Assembly (NCBI GenBank): GCA_003153775.1
Contig: PMBI01000011.1
Coordinates: forward strand, 109,427-173,426
DNA from: Syntrophaceae bacterium
Lineage (GTDB): Bacteria > Desulfobacterota > Syntrophia > Syntrophales > UBA2185
Length of the DNA stretch: 64,000 bases
Reading direction: 5' to 3'
Below the pieces are notes generated by a model. It was not told the DNA's origin. It did not search any database and saw only the letters and a program-made list of their open reading frames with translations. The translations under genes and the position numbers were made by a program. This document shows, one piece after another, positions 29,316 through 39,049 of the stretch (within the stretch, counting starts at the first letter, position 1; the number at the start of each line of letters is the position of its first letter).

Positions 29316-30221
29316 TCAGATTTCATCAGGAGCTGAGGTCAGATGGAATTTGCCTTCTTTGGTCTCCACCTTGCCATTTCTGATTAATCGTTCGAGATGC
29401 TTCATTATCATTCCCCGTTCGGCGAACTCAAAGAAATACCGCGGCTGAAACTCTCTTCTGAAAATGATCCAGCGCTCGACAATCTCATCCGCAGTTCTTG
29501 GCCTTTCGAGGAATTCCAATATCCTTTTTCCCCTCGTGGTAATAACAGTAAGATAGGTCTCTGCCAATTCCGTAATATCACCGCGAATTATGCCGGTTTC
29601 GTGCGAGGTGATATAGATGTCTGCGGGGATCTCCAATAATCTGTGCATGGATTGTATGGTCTCGTCAATGTCCGAAACCCTGTCGCCGTACCAGGGACCG
29701 AATCGGGAGAGGTCGAGATCCCCCATGAATAATATTCCCTGATCGGGAAAATAAAAACTGCAGTGTCCGGCAGTGTGGCCCGGGGTGTGGATTACACGCA
29801 TTTTCGTATCGCCGAAAATGAGGACATCACCGTCAGCAAACTCGAGAGAGGGTGCGCGCTCCCGGAAGTGAAATCTATTGAGAAAAAGATCGTCCCATTC
29901 CGCCTTGTACTGTGAATCGAGCAAGCCGCAGTAGTCGAGAAATGCGCTGTAGGATTTGAAGCAGGCGCCGATGTCCTCGTGCACATAAAGTTCGGCTTCA
30001 GGAAAGAGGTAATTAAAGGCGATATGATCCTCGTGGTAATGGGAGTTGATTATTAGATCGACCCGTCTTTCATCGGCGAGCTTCCTTAGAAACGTTTCGT
30101 CCGAAGCCGGATCGATGATCGCCTTTTTCTGGTCATCGATGTACAAGGAATTGCAAAAAGGGTATCTTCCGCCACCGGTTCCGGGAACAAAAACTATATT
30201 GCCGAACCTTGTCTCGTCCAT
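29316..30221 (-). CDS. metallo-beta-lactamase-fold hydrolase
   Basis: SHYHEDH, HTPGHT.GH, MGD, TSH; start MDETRF supported by the paralogous remnant at 34208. Confidence 0.9.
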   Translation of the reverse strand: MDETRFGNIVFVPGTGGGRYPFCNSLYIDDQKKAIIDPASDETFLRKLADERRVDLIINSHYHEDHIAFNYLFPEAELYVHEDIGACFKSYSAFLDYCGLLDSQYKAEWDDLFLNRFHFRERAPSLEFADGDVLIFGDTKMRVIHTPGHTAGHCSFYFPDQGILFMGDLDLSRFGPWYGDRVSDIDETIQSMHRLLEIPADIYITSHETGIIRGDITELAETYLTVITTRGKRILEFLERPRTADEIVERWIIFRREFQPRYFFEFAERGMIMKHLERLIRNGKVETKEGKFHLTSAPDEI

Positions 30222-30358
30222 TTTTTTGTACCGCTTCGATACTGATGAAATGCAGAATGATGCACGTCGCATCAATAAACGCAAAGCGATTTATTGTGTG
30301 ATGGCTCTTTGCACAACTTTCCCTGGCTCATGCTTAGGTATTTGCCCCGGCGCCTTCT

Positions 30359-30432
30359 GGATTTCATTCATTTCCGATATAATGTGCTTTTCGCTATTCC
30401 CAATTTCTTTGCAATCTCTATCTTTGGTATGT
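30359..30432 (-). pseudogene. remnant of the Fis-HTH 3' end of a sigma54 activator
   Basis: NIPKIEIAKKLGIAKSTLYRK vs NIPKREIAKKLGIARSTLYRK of 34213..36174; near-identical DNA to about 34232-34308, with a 1-bp deletion creating a stop. Confidence 0.85.
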
Positions 30433-30494
30433 TACCCTTCAACATGTGAAGCCACGGTCGTCTACGACCATAAACGAGAATACTTAGGAGGTCA

Positions 30495-32423
30495 ATGTTA
30501 TATATGGCAAAGTTAAAACATCTTTTTAGTCCTATCAAGATAGGAAAAATGGAACTGAAGAACAGGGTGGAGTTCGCACCCGTAACGGACAATTTCGGTA
30601 TTGACGACTACGTGACGGACCGCATGATTAAGTTTTATGAGGACCGTGCAAAGGGTGGCGTAGGTTTAATAAATATAGGGTACTTTACCGTGAACTATCC
30701 CCATAATCCCCTCGGCATCGGAATGTACGACGACAAGTTCATTCCGGGGATCCGTAAACTTACGGATGCGTGTCATGCGCACGGCGCAAAGGTGGGGGTG
30801 GAGCTCGCCTTTGAGGAGAATTATGCCAAACGGCGCGGCGGACCGTTTGAGTATATTGGGCCTTCTGATGTTGCGACGCGGGCAGGAAAGCAAAGGCCCC
30901 GACCCCTCACAACCGCTGAGGTTGAGGAGATCGTGGAGCAGTTCGGCGACGCGGCCAGGAGGGCAGTCGAAGGAGGGTTTGATTTGATCCATATCCTTGG
31001 CTCTGCCGGTTATCCGATAGCTCAGTTTGCTTCACCGCTCACGAACAGGCGCACCGACAAATACGGCGGCAGCTTCGAGAAGAGGTTGCTACTGCATACC
31101 GAGATCATCCAGTCGATGAAGAAGAAGGCAGGCGATGATTGTATCATATCCTGGAGGATGGGCGGCCAGGACTTTATGCCGGGCGGGAACACCTTAGAGG
31201 ATTCGGTGAAGATCGCGCAGTGGCTGGAAAAGCAGGGAGTTCAGGTGATAAATGTTACAACGGGCTGGCACGACTCAGGCGTACCATTTATCCAGTACTT
31301 TGTCCCTAAGGGAAACTGGATTTTCATGGGAGAGCGCATAAAGAAAGGCATCAATATTCCGGTCATCGTTGGCACCAGGATTGTCGATCCGATAATGGCG
31401 GATAAGATTATCGGTGAAGGCAGGGCCGATATGATTTATTTAGCCAGACCGCTGATTGCCGATGCGGAGCTGGTAAACAAAGCTAAGGAAGGGAGATTTG
31501 ATGACATAGTGCCCTGCACGTCCTGCTGCCTGTGCTTTGACGCGTGGTCACGGACAGAACCTATATATTGCCAGGTAAACGCGAGAGCCGGCAGGGAGCT
31601 GGAGCTCAATATTATTCCAGCCAGGCAGAAGAAGAAGGTCTTCGTGGTGGGGGGCGGCCCCGGAGGCATGGAAGCCGCAAGGGTCGCCGGACTGAGAGGA
31701 CACAAGGTAACCTTATTTGAGAAATCCGACAAGCTCGGCGGCGCCCTTAACGCGGCCGGCGCTCCCTCTGTGAAGGACGGCGTCGGATATTTCCGTGAGT
31801 ACCTGATCAAGCAAATGAAGAAAGAAGGTATTGAGATAAAACTCAATACCGAAGTTGAAAACACCATTATAGAGAAGGAACGTCCCGATGCAGTAATCGT
31901 GGCTACGGGCGCGACTCCTATTATCCCCGATATTCCCGGCGTCAGGGGCAAGAATGTTGTACTCGCGGCGGACGTCATGGGCGGCAAGAAATCGGTCGGT
32001 AACAAGGTCGTCATTGTCGGCGGCGGGATGGTTGGCTGCGAATTGGCCGACTTCCTTCACGAGGAAAAGGGCAAGTCCGACATAACCATACTTGAAATGC
32101 TGCCCAAAGTAGCCGTAGATGTCGGGCCTACGCTCAGGTGGGTCGTCCGCAAGCGTCTCAATGAGTTCAAGATAAAAATAAAGACCAACGCGAGGGTCTC
32201 AGAGATAACTGACAAGGGTGTGAAGAGCGTGTGCGGCGGCGCGACCGAGGTTTTCGAAGCAGACACTGTGGTCATTGCGACAGGCTATGAGCCCTGGAAC
32301 AAACTGGTCAGGGAAATTGAAGGCAAGGCCGGTGTATCCGTCGAGGCTGTGGGCGACTGCGATAAGATTGCCAGAATCGCCGAAGCCGTTGAAAGCGGAT
32401 TCCGGGCAGCGTTGAAACTTTAG
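30495..32423 (+). CDS. NADH:flavin oxidoreductase (2,4-dienoyl-CoA reductase/BaiCD-like, FMN-FeS-FAD)
   Basis: LKNRV, GSAGY, NRRTDKYGGS, CTSCCLC..C, VVGGGPGGMEAA, GGGMVGCE. Confidence 0.92.
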   Translation: MLYMAKLKHLFSPIKIGKMELKNRVEFAPVTDNFGIDDYVTDRMIKFYEDRAKGGVGLINIGYFTVNYPHNPLGIGMYDDKFIPGIRKLTDACHAHGAKVGVELAFEENYAKRRGGPFEYIGPSDVATRAGKQRPRPLTTAEVEEIVEQFGDAARRAVEGGFDLIHILGSAGYPIAQFASPLTNRRTDKYGGSFEKRLLLHTEIIQSMKKKAGDDCIISWRMGGQDFMPGGNTLEDSVKIAQWLEKQGVQVINVTTGWHDSGVPFIQYFVPKGNWIFMGERIKKGINIPVIVGTRIVDPIMADKIIGEGRADMIYLARPLIADAELVNKAKEGRFDDIVPCTSCCLCFDAWSRTEPIYCQVNARAGRELELNIIPARQKKKVFVVGGGPGGMEAARVAGLRGHKVTLFEKSDKLGGALNAAGAPSVKDGVGYFREYLIKQMKKEGIEIKLNTEVENTIIEKERPDAVIVATGATPIIPDIPGVRGKNVVLAADVMGGKKSVGNKVVIVGGGMVGCELADFLHEEKGKSDITILEMLPKVAVDVGPTLRWVVRKRLNEFKIKIKTNARVSEITDKGVKSVCGGATEVFEADTVVIATGYEPWNKLVREIEGKAGVSVEAVGDCDKIARIAEAVESGFRAALKL

Positions 32424-32529
32424 CAATTCACATTACTGATGATGGTGAGTCTCTTCTCTTCGCGCCGGTTGCGTACCGTTCGACGAATTCAAAGTACTTT
32501 AAAATTGATAATCCTCGTGAGGTGGAGCC

Positions 32530-34053
32530 ATGTACTCTTGTGATTTTACGATCTACGATATGATTGCCCGCAATGCCGCTTTATATCCGGGAAAAAGCGC
32601 GATCGTGTATGGTGACAACCGAATATCGTTCAGCGGGTTTCAAAAATTGTGCGACCGCTGTGCCGCTGGCCTCATGAAGGAAGGCATTGACTTTGGCGAC
32701 CGGATTGCCGTTTTATCCAGCAACAATGACGATTTTCTGATCCTTTGCGGCGCGGCAGCGAAAATCGGCGCGATTATAGTTCCTGTGAACTATAGGTTGG
32801 GTCAAGGAGAGGTCGAATACATCCTCAGGGATTCGGAGCCGAAATATATCTTCAGCAGCAAGGAATATAGGGATCCGGCCCGTGAAGCCTCGCTCTGTGC
32901 GGGCTCTATCAGAAAGCACTTCGTCTTTAAGGCAGATATGAACGAGGGTGATTTCATTCCATTTGAGACACTCCTGCTGAACGGAAAACTAACGGAGTCA
33001 GGAGTGGTGTCGGGTGGTCACGCGTATATGATCGTTCATGCCGCCGCCGTGGGCGGAAAGCCGCGGGGTTGTTTGCTGAGCCAGGCGAATATGTTGGCCG
33101 CCGGCCTTCAGATGGCCCACATGTTTAAGCTTATGAGCAGTGACTGCCACATAGGCACCTTGCCTCTCTTCCACATCGGGGGATTTTCCTTTTTCATAGC
33201 AGTGATGCATCAGGGAGGAAAGAATGTGATCATGGACCGTTTCGATCCTTTGCTTGTTCTGAAATTGACCGACAAGGAACACGGCACATTTCTCGGGACA
33301 TTTCCGCCAATGCTCGCAGCTATTCTGGATGCACAGGAGAAACAGTTCGTTGATACATCAAGTTTGAGGGTAGTCACGGGTATGGACAGCCCTGATACCA
33401 TTCAACGCTTTTTGGGAAAAAATCCCCAAGCGGCCTTTTGCAGCCTGTATGGTCAGACGGAGGCCATGCCGGTTTCGAGCTGCGATGTTGAGGAAAAAGC
33501 GGGGAGCATCGGGTTGCCGGCTGTCATGACGCGTGTGGCAATCTTTGACGCTCTCGATCGGGAAGTTCCCGTGGGCGGGCAAGGAGAGATATGCGTACGG
33601 TCGCCTTCCGTGTTCCTTGGCTATTGGAATCTGGAGACAGATACAGCCTACACCTTTCGCAATGGCTGGCATCACACGGGCGACCGGGGGAGGATGGACG
33701 AGGAAGGCTATCTCTATTACAGCGGGCGAAATCCGGAAAAGGAACTAATCAAACCAGGCGGTGAAAACGTCTATCCCGCGGAAGTTGAAAAAGTGATCCT
33801 CAGTCACGGCTCTGTCGAAGAGGTCGCAGTCATCGGCGTTCCCGATGCAGAGTGGGGCGAAGCTGTCCAAGCTGTCTGTGTTCTCAAAAAGGGAAGCGTG
33901 GTAGGTGCGGCGGAATTGATCGAATTCGTGGCTTCCAAGATTGCCCGCTATAAGAAACCAAAGCACGTCCTTTTTGTCGAGAACCTGCCAAAAACGGCGA
34001 GCGGCGAAATCAACCGGGAGGAAGTAAAGAAGCTCTACTCGGGAACAAAATGA
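32530..34053 (+). CDS. acyl-CoA synthetase (AMP-binding)
   Basis: YGQTE, GWHHTGD, KPGGENVYPAEVE, YKKPK; atypical P-loop HAAAVGGKPRG. Confidence 0.9.
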   Translation: MYSCDFTIYDMIARNAALYPGKSAIVYGDNRISFSGFQKLCDRCAAGLMKEGIDFGDRIAVLSSNNDDFLILCGAAAKIGAIIVPVNYRLGQGEVEYILRDSEPKYIFSSKEYRDPAREASLCAGSIRKHFVFKADMNEGDFIPFETLLLNGKLTESGVVSGGHAYMIVHAAAVGGKPRGCLLSQANMLAAGLQMAHMFKLMSSDCHIGTLPLFHIGGFSFFIAVMHQGGKNVIMDRFDPLLVLKLTDKEHGTFLGTFPPMLAAILDAQEKQFVDTSSLRVVTGMDSPDTIQRFLGKNPQAAFCSLYGQTEAMPVSSCDVEEKAGSIGLPAVMTRVAIFDALDREVPVGGQGEICVRSPSVFLGYWNLETDTAYTFRNGWHHTGDRGRMDEEGYLYYSGRNPEKELIKPGGENVYPAEVEKVILSHGSVEEVAVIGVPDAEWGEAVQAVCVLKKGSVVGAAELIEFVASKIARYKKPKHVLFVENLPKTASGEINREEVKKLYSGTK

Positions 34054-34088
34054 GCCAAGGAATGTTTGTCTGGACGCAGATTAAGTAA

Positions 34089-34208
34089 TTATTGAGTGCA
34101 ACCAAACAGCCTGGATGCGCTGCATGAACTATCCCTTCGGCAAAAGGGGTACTTTCCAGAATCCGTCCCCGGTACAAGAACTAAACTGCCGAACCTTGTC
34201 TCTTCCAT
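34089..34208 (-). pseudogene. truncated N-terminus of an MBL-fold hydrolase
   Basis: MEETRFGSLVLVPGTDSGKYPFC matches MDETRFGNIVFVPGTGGGRYPFC at 30221; homology stops near 34140. Confidence 0.85.
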
Positions 34209-34212
34209 TTAT

Positions 34213-36174
34213 TTACTCTGCCGCATGATTGTGGATTTGATTCAATTTCCGATATAATGTGCTTCTCGCTATTCCCAATTTCTTTGCAATCTCTCTCTTG
34301 GGGATATTCGATCTGATCATCTTCATTATCAAATCACTCTCTATCTTGTTTACGGGTTCAATTTTAGTAATGTCGTCCATTGACTTCATGTCCGTAATTT
34401 CTGACGGCAAGAGGTCAGCCGTAAGTATGTTGGTATGTGCAATATTGATCATTCTTTCGAGGACATTTTGCAACTCTCTCACATTACCCGGCCAGTTGTA
34501 ATTCATGAATCTCTCGAAGACCTCAGCTTCGATTTTCTCGATCTTCTTCCCCATCGTCTTGCCGATATTACTTACAAAACACTCGACCAAAAGGGGAATG
34601 TCGTCTTTTCTTTCCCTGAGCGGTATGAGACGAATGGTGAATACGTTTGACCGATAATACAGGTCCTCTCGGAATTTGCCTTTTCGAACTTCTTCCTTCA
34701 GGTTCTTATTGGTTGCTGCAATGATTCTGACGTCTATCGTTGTTACCCTGGTGCCGCCGATCCTGATTATGGATTTGTCTTCAATCACCCGCAGGAGGGC
34801 TGTCTGCAGCTCCAAGGGCGTTTCCCCCACCTCGTCCAAAAATATTGTGCCGCCGTCTGCGAGCTCAAATTTACCCGGACTGCCGCCTTTTCTTGACCCG
34901 GTAAACGCCCCTTCGGAATAACCGAAAAGCTCGCTGGTTATCAGATCCCTGGGGATCGTCGTGCAGTTAATTGCGACGTATGGGCCGTCGCTGCGACTGC
35001 TGCTGTTGTGAATTGCCTGAGCGAAAATATCTTTTCCTGTACCGCTTTCTCCCAGGAGCAGGACGTTCGATTTGATCTGGGATGCTATCTTGGCCTGCCT
35101 GATCGTTTCCAGAAAGTTCGCATCCTGACCGATGATTTCCTCGAAGCGAAATTTCGCCTTCGCCCCCATCATTTTCATTGCCAAGGTCCGGGCCCTTTTA
35201 ATCTCATCCAGGATGATGACCTTGCCGATGACATCGTCCATGGACATTATAGGGTAACAGGACAGAGTGTAATCACCCTGGACGCTCTTACAGGCGATTC
35301 TCACTTCCATATCCGTGAGAGTGTGGTTATTGTTTATCAGATTGAGCAGGTTCTTGTTATATTTGCTCCAGACCTCGGCTGTATTTTTCCCAAGAAACCT
35401 GTCTGCATCTTCTCCAAAAGCTTTTTTAGCGTTCTTGTTCATCATCGAAATACATCCGTCGTTATCCACGGTCATTATGATTTCAGGAATAGAGGATATA
35501 ACCGTCTTTTGAAAACTGTGCGCAATCCTGTATTCGGTCAATGCCTTTCTGAGCCGAATTTCGTTCTCTATGGCATGTGCCGCGGCTGCAACCATCCCCA
35601 GCGTATGCGGATTGGCTTTTTGATATGGTCCCGTCATGTCAATGACGCCGATCAATTTGCCGTTTAAATCATGAACCGGAGCGCCTGAACATGTCCACTT
35701 ATGGGAGTTGATGCAATAATGTTCGCCGGCATAGACCTGAAAAGGCTTCCCTAATTTTATTACAGTTCCTGCGCCATTGGTCCCTGCGACTTCTTCGGAC
35801 CAGCAGCTGCCCACAATGAAATTCCCTCGTCTTACCCTCTCCATCACATCATCATCCCCAACAAGCTTCAACATGTATCCATCAGCATCAAAGAGTGCAA
35901 CTAAAAAGCCCGATCCTACGACAAGACCATAAAGGTTCTTCATGAAGGGGAGGCTGATGTCTATCAGCTCTTCATTTTTTTTCAAGATATCTGCAAGTTG
36001 AGAATCATCAAGAACCACAGGAACCCTGGTCAGATGCGGGTTGACATTCTTTTCCCTGCACCTGTCCCATGAATCCAGAATAGTCGAGGATATTATGAAT
36101 TCGCTGACGGGAATTCCGCTTATATATTTTTTCCATTCCGCATAAAGCACATCAAATTTTTCTACAAAGTCCAT
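34213..36174 (-). CDS. sigma54-dependent activator, AcoR type (GAF-PAS-AAA+-HTH)
   Basis: SWDRC, GTNG.GT, GESGTGK, SELFGY..GAFTGS, FLDEVG, WPGNVREL, STLYRKL. Confidence 0.95.
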   Translation of the reverse strand: MDFVEKFDVLYAEWKKYISGIPVSEFIISSTILDSWDRCREKNVNPHLTRVPVVLDDSQLADILKKNEELIDISLPFMKNLYGLVVGSGFLVALFDADGYMLKLVGDDDVMERVRRGNFIVGSCWSEEVAGTNGAGTVIKLGKPFQVYAGEHYCINSHKWTCSGAPVHDLNGKLIGVIDMTGPYQKANPHTLGMVAAAAHAIENEIRLRKALTEYRIAHSFQKTVISSIPEIIMTVDNDGCISMMNKNAKKAFGEDADRFLGKNTAEVWSKYNKNLLNLINNNHTLTDMEVRIACKSVQGDYTLSCYPIMSMDDVIGKVIILDEIKRARTLAMKMMGAKAKFRFEEIIGQDANFLETIRQAKIASQIKSNVLLLGESGTGKDIFAQAIHNSSSRSDGPYVAINCTTIPRDLITSELFGYSEGAFTGSRKGGSPGKFELADGGTIFLDEVGETPLELQTALLRVIEDKSIIRIGGTRVTTIDVRIIAATNKNLKEEVRKGKFREDLYYRSNVFTIRLIPLRERKDDIPLLVECFVSNIGKTMGKKIEKIEAEVFERFMNYNWPGNVRELQNVLERMINIAHTNILTADLLPSEITDMKSMDDITKIEPVNKIESDLIMKMIRSNIPKREIAKKLGIARSTLYRKLNQIHNHAAE

Positions 36175-36265
36175 ATCTCGCTCTGTACCGTTCCTTCCTG
36201 GAGGTTATTCTTGATGAGGCCAGTTCCGTCGACCATATACTACTCGCTTGGGATAGAAACCTGAA

Positions 36266-36321
36266 TGTCTCATTATGTCTCATTGTGTCCCGGAATGTCC
36301 GATGTGACCTAAAGTGGGACA
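36266..36321. promoter_or_regulatory. AcoR-type upstream activator sites
   Basis: TGTCTC, TGTCTC, TGTCCC, TGTCCG at 36266/36276/36286/36296 (10-bp phase), plus inverted GGGACA at 36316. Confidence 0.7.
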
Positions 36322-36420
36322 ATAATCTCAAAGCATGATTCCCCGACAATTGCAAGCTCATTTTCAGAATACATCGTGTTTTCAGATGATTGGTATATTA
36401 TTTGATGAGCAATATAGACA

Positions 36421-36435
36421 TGGCACAACGTCTGC
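36421..36435 (+). promoter_or_regulatory. sigma54 -24/-12 promoter
   Basis: TGGCAC-AACGT-CTGC, divergent from the activator gene and 70 bp before the operon. Confidence 0.85.
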
Positions 36436-36504
36436 TTCATCGCAGTGCGAATATAACAAAGAGAGATAGCATCAGCTCTTAATTCAAACAAAAGGAGTCG
36501 GACA

Positions 36505-38022
36505 GTGCTGCGGACTAAAGATCAATATCACGATGATCTCTTCAAAATGAAGCGGAATGTATTCATAGGCGGAGAAAAAGTTGGCAGAGATGACCATCGC
36601 CTTCGGCCGGGCATCAACGTGCTTGACGTTACTTTCGATCTCGCCCGGGAGTCAAAATGGAAGGGGTTGATAACTGCAACGTCATCCATAACAGGCGAGG
36701 AGATAAACAGATGGTCCCATCTGCCTCAGAGCCCCTACGATCTCCTGCAGAAACAAAAAATGATCCGCTGTGTTGCACGCCGGGTCGGGGGCTGCATACA
36801 GAGATGCATGGGACACGATGCCATCAGCGCATTGGCAATCTGCACGAAGGAAATAGATGAGGCCAAGGGAACAGACTACCATAAGAGGTTTATGACCTAC
36901 CTCAGGGACTATCAGATGAGGGACGGCGATGGCTGCTGTGCGCAGACAGATAGCAAGGGAGACCGCACGAAACGGCCGAGCGAACAGCCGAACGCTGATG
37001 CGTATGTTCACATCGTGGAAGAACGTAAGGACGGGATTGTAGTAAGCGGTGTAAAGATGTCCATCACTCAGGTGGCGTATGCTGATGAGATATTCGTGCT
37101 GCCCACCAGGGCATTGATGGAAGACGACCGCGACTTTGCCGTGGCCTTTGCACTTCCTGCGGATTGGGATGGCATTAAATTGATAACACGCCCCGTGTGG
37201 CTCCGCGAGAAGGATGACCCAGGCGCATCGCCCTTCTGCAGATACGGGGTATCGGATTCAGTTGTCGTTTTCGATAATGTATTCGTCCCCAAAGAAAGGG
37301 TTTTTATGTGCCGGGAATGGGAATTCGGACGTCGGCTTGCCCTGCTCTTTGCGGACTCCCACCGCCACAGCTACAGTGGCTGCAAACCCGGTATGTCGGA
37401 CGTGCTCTGCGGCGCCGCCATGCTCGCGGCAGAGGCAAACAATATTCAAAAAATATCCCACGTTCGCGAGAAGCTTTCGAGTTATGCGGGCGCCGCCGAA
37501 CTCGCTTATGCGGCAGGAGTGGCCTCGGCCATATACGGTGAAAAGACATCGAGCGGCGTTTTCTTCCCGAATAAGATTTACGCCAATGTCGGCAGAAGAC
37601 TCACGGGGGAGCTGATCTATCATGAATACAACTTGCTTACGGAAATTGCAGGCGGCATTGCAGTTACGCTGCCCTTTGAAGAGGATTTCCATGCAGAAAG
37701 TACTAAGAAATATCTGGATAAATTTATTGTGAGGAATCCAAAACTTTCTCCGGAGGTTTCTCTCAAGATATGGAAATTTGTTGAGAGCATTGGCGCATCG
37801 CCCATGTCGTCGTGGTATGAAATTGCAGGCGTACATGGCGGGGGATCTCCCATCATGGAAACGATTGCCCTTAACCTCGATTATGATTTCGATGAGAAAA
37901 GGCGCCTTGGGAGATACTTGTCCGGCATCGATGAGACATTCGATGATACGAAGGCGCTGGGGTTGGAGCCTACCTTCGGGACGAGTTTGGCGAGTGATGA
38001 TGGGCAAGAACTGAAGAAATGA
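36505..38022 (+). CDS. 4-hydroxybutyryl-CoA dehydratase-like (AbfD/HpaB family), divergent paralog
   Basis: CIQRC, TDSKGDR, HRHSYSGCK, HGGGSP. Confidence 0.85.
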   Translation: MLRTKDQYHDDLFKMKRNVFIGGEKVGRDDHRLRPGINVLDVTFDLARESKWKGLITATSSITGEEINRWSHLPQSPYDLLQKQKMIRCVARRVGGCIQRCMGHDAISALAICTKEIDEAKGTDYHKRFMTYLRDYQMRDGDGCCAQTDSKGDRTKRPSEQPNADAYVHIVEERKDGIVVSGVKMSITQVAYADEIFVLPTRALMEDDRDFAVAFALPADWDGIKLITRPVWLREKDDPGASPFCRYGVSDSVVVFDNVFVPKERVFMCREWEFGRRLALLFADSHRHSYSGCKPGMSDVLCGAAMLAAEANNIQKISHVREKLSSYAGAAELAYAAGVASAIYGEKTSSGVFFPNKIYANVGRRLTGELIYHEYNLLTEIAGGIAVTLPFEEDFHAESTKKYLDKFIVRNPKLSPEVSLKIWKFVESIGASPMSSWYEIAGVHGGGSPIMETIALNLDYDFDEKRRLGRYLSGIDETFDDTKALGLEPTFGTSLASDDGQELKK

Positions 38023-38070
38023 GAATGCTGGCATTAGTGGCAGAATAAAATGAAAGAGGGAGTATCACTG

Positions 38071-39000
38071 ATGAAAGAAGAAGACACGAAAAAATCGTTG
38101 GACAAGCGGATGACTCTCAGGGAGGCGATATCCAAGTATGTATTTGACGGATGTTCAATTGCCTTCAGCGGCATGGGTGGGGAGCAGGTTGTTGCCCCAA
38201 CCTATGAGATCGTAAGACAGGGACAGAAGAATCTGACGCTAATGGGTGACAGTCCGTGCGAGGTCGGGGACTATCTTGTGGGGACGGGTCAGATAAGGAG
38301 GGTCGAGGTCGCGTGGTTAGCCTTCGCAGTAGCGGGTGTGAGCCCGAATTACAGGCGGGCCGTGGAAGAGGGTCTCCCTCATAAAATAGAGGTTCGCGAA
38401 TTTTCAAATTACACCATGGGCCTGCGATTCTTAGCCGGCGCGATGGGTCTTCCCTTCATGGTGACAAGATCTCTCGCGGGAACCTCCCTTGAAAAGTATA
38501 ACGACATGATCAAAGTGATAGAAGACCCGTACGGGGGCAAAAAGGTGGCGCTCGTTCCTGCCGCCAAGCCTGACGTAGCAATCATCCACGCCAACAGGGC
38601 CGATATTTTGGGGAATACGCAGTTCATCGGTTTTTCATCAAATGGAGAAAACATCGCAAGGGCGGCGGCGAGGACAATAGTAACCTGCGAGAAGATAGTC
38701 TCAACTGATGAGATCAAGAAGGCGCCGACGCTTACCTCGGTGCCGCAGTATGCGGTGGACGCCGTGGTCGAGGTACCGTTCGGCAGCCATCCGTGGAACA
38801 TGCCCTATGCATATGCGTATGATTTACCGTTTCACATGAAGATGATGGCCGGGATAGACACAGCAGACGGTTTCAAGAGGTGGATGGATGAATGGGCGTT
38901 CGGTTGCAAGGACCATGAGGAGTATTGCGAGAAGGTAGGTTGGGCCCGTTTGAAAAAGCTGGCGCAGATTGAACGAAAGTTCTGCAAGAGCAAGTTGTGA
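38071..39000 (+). CDS. family I CoA-transferase subunit A (GctA-like)
   Basis: RFLAGAMGLPF, PDVAIIH..RAD..GN, VDAVVE.P.GSHP; alternative start 38050. Confidence 0.88.
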   Translation: MKEEDTKKSLDKRMTLREAISKYVFDGCSIAFSGMGGEQVVAPTYEIVRQGQKNLTLMGDSPCEVGDYLVGTGQIRRVEVAWLAFAVAGVSPNYRRAVEEGLPHKIEVREFSNYTMGLRFLAGAMGLPFMVTRSLAGTSLEKYNDMIKVIEDPYGGKKVALVPAAKPDVAIIHANRADILGNTQFIGFSSNGENIARAAARTIVTCEKIVSTDEIKKAPTLTSVPQYAVDAVVEVPFGSHPWNMPYAYAYDLPFHMKMMAGIDTADGFKRWMDEWAFGCKDHEEYCEKVGWARLKKLAQIERKFCKSKL

Positions 39001-39049
39001 GCGCAGATCCGACAAACGAAAAGATCCGAACACGGGAGGAGAACGATTT

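Noticed and set aside
30368-30592. 74-aa ORF as a small Fis-type regulator
   Set aside because: Only the last ~21 codons are homologous to the activator; the rest is antisense to the reductase start. Treated as a remnant.
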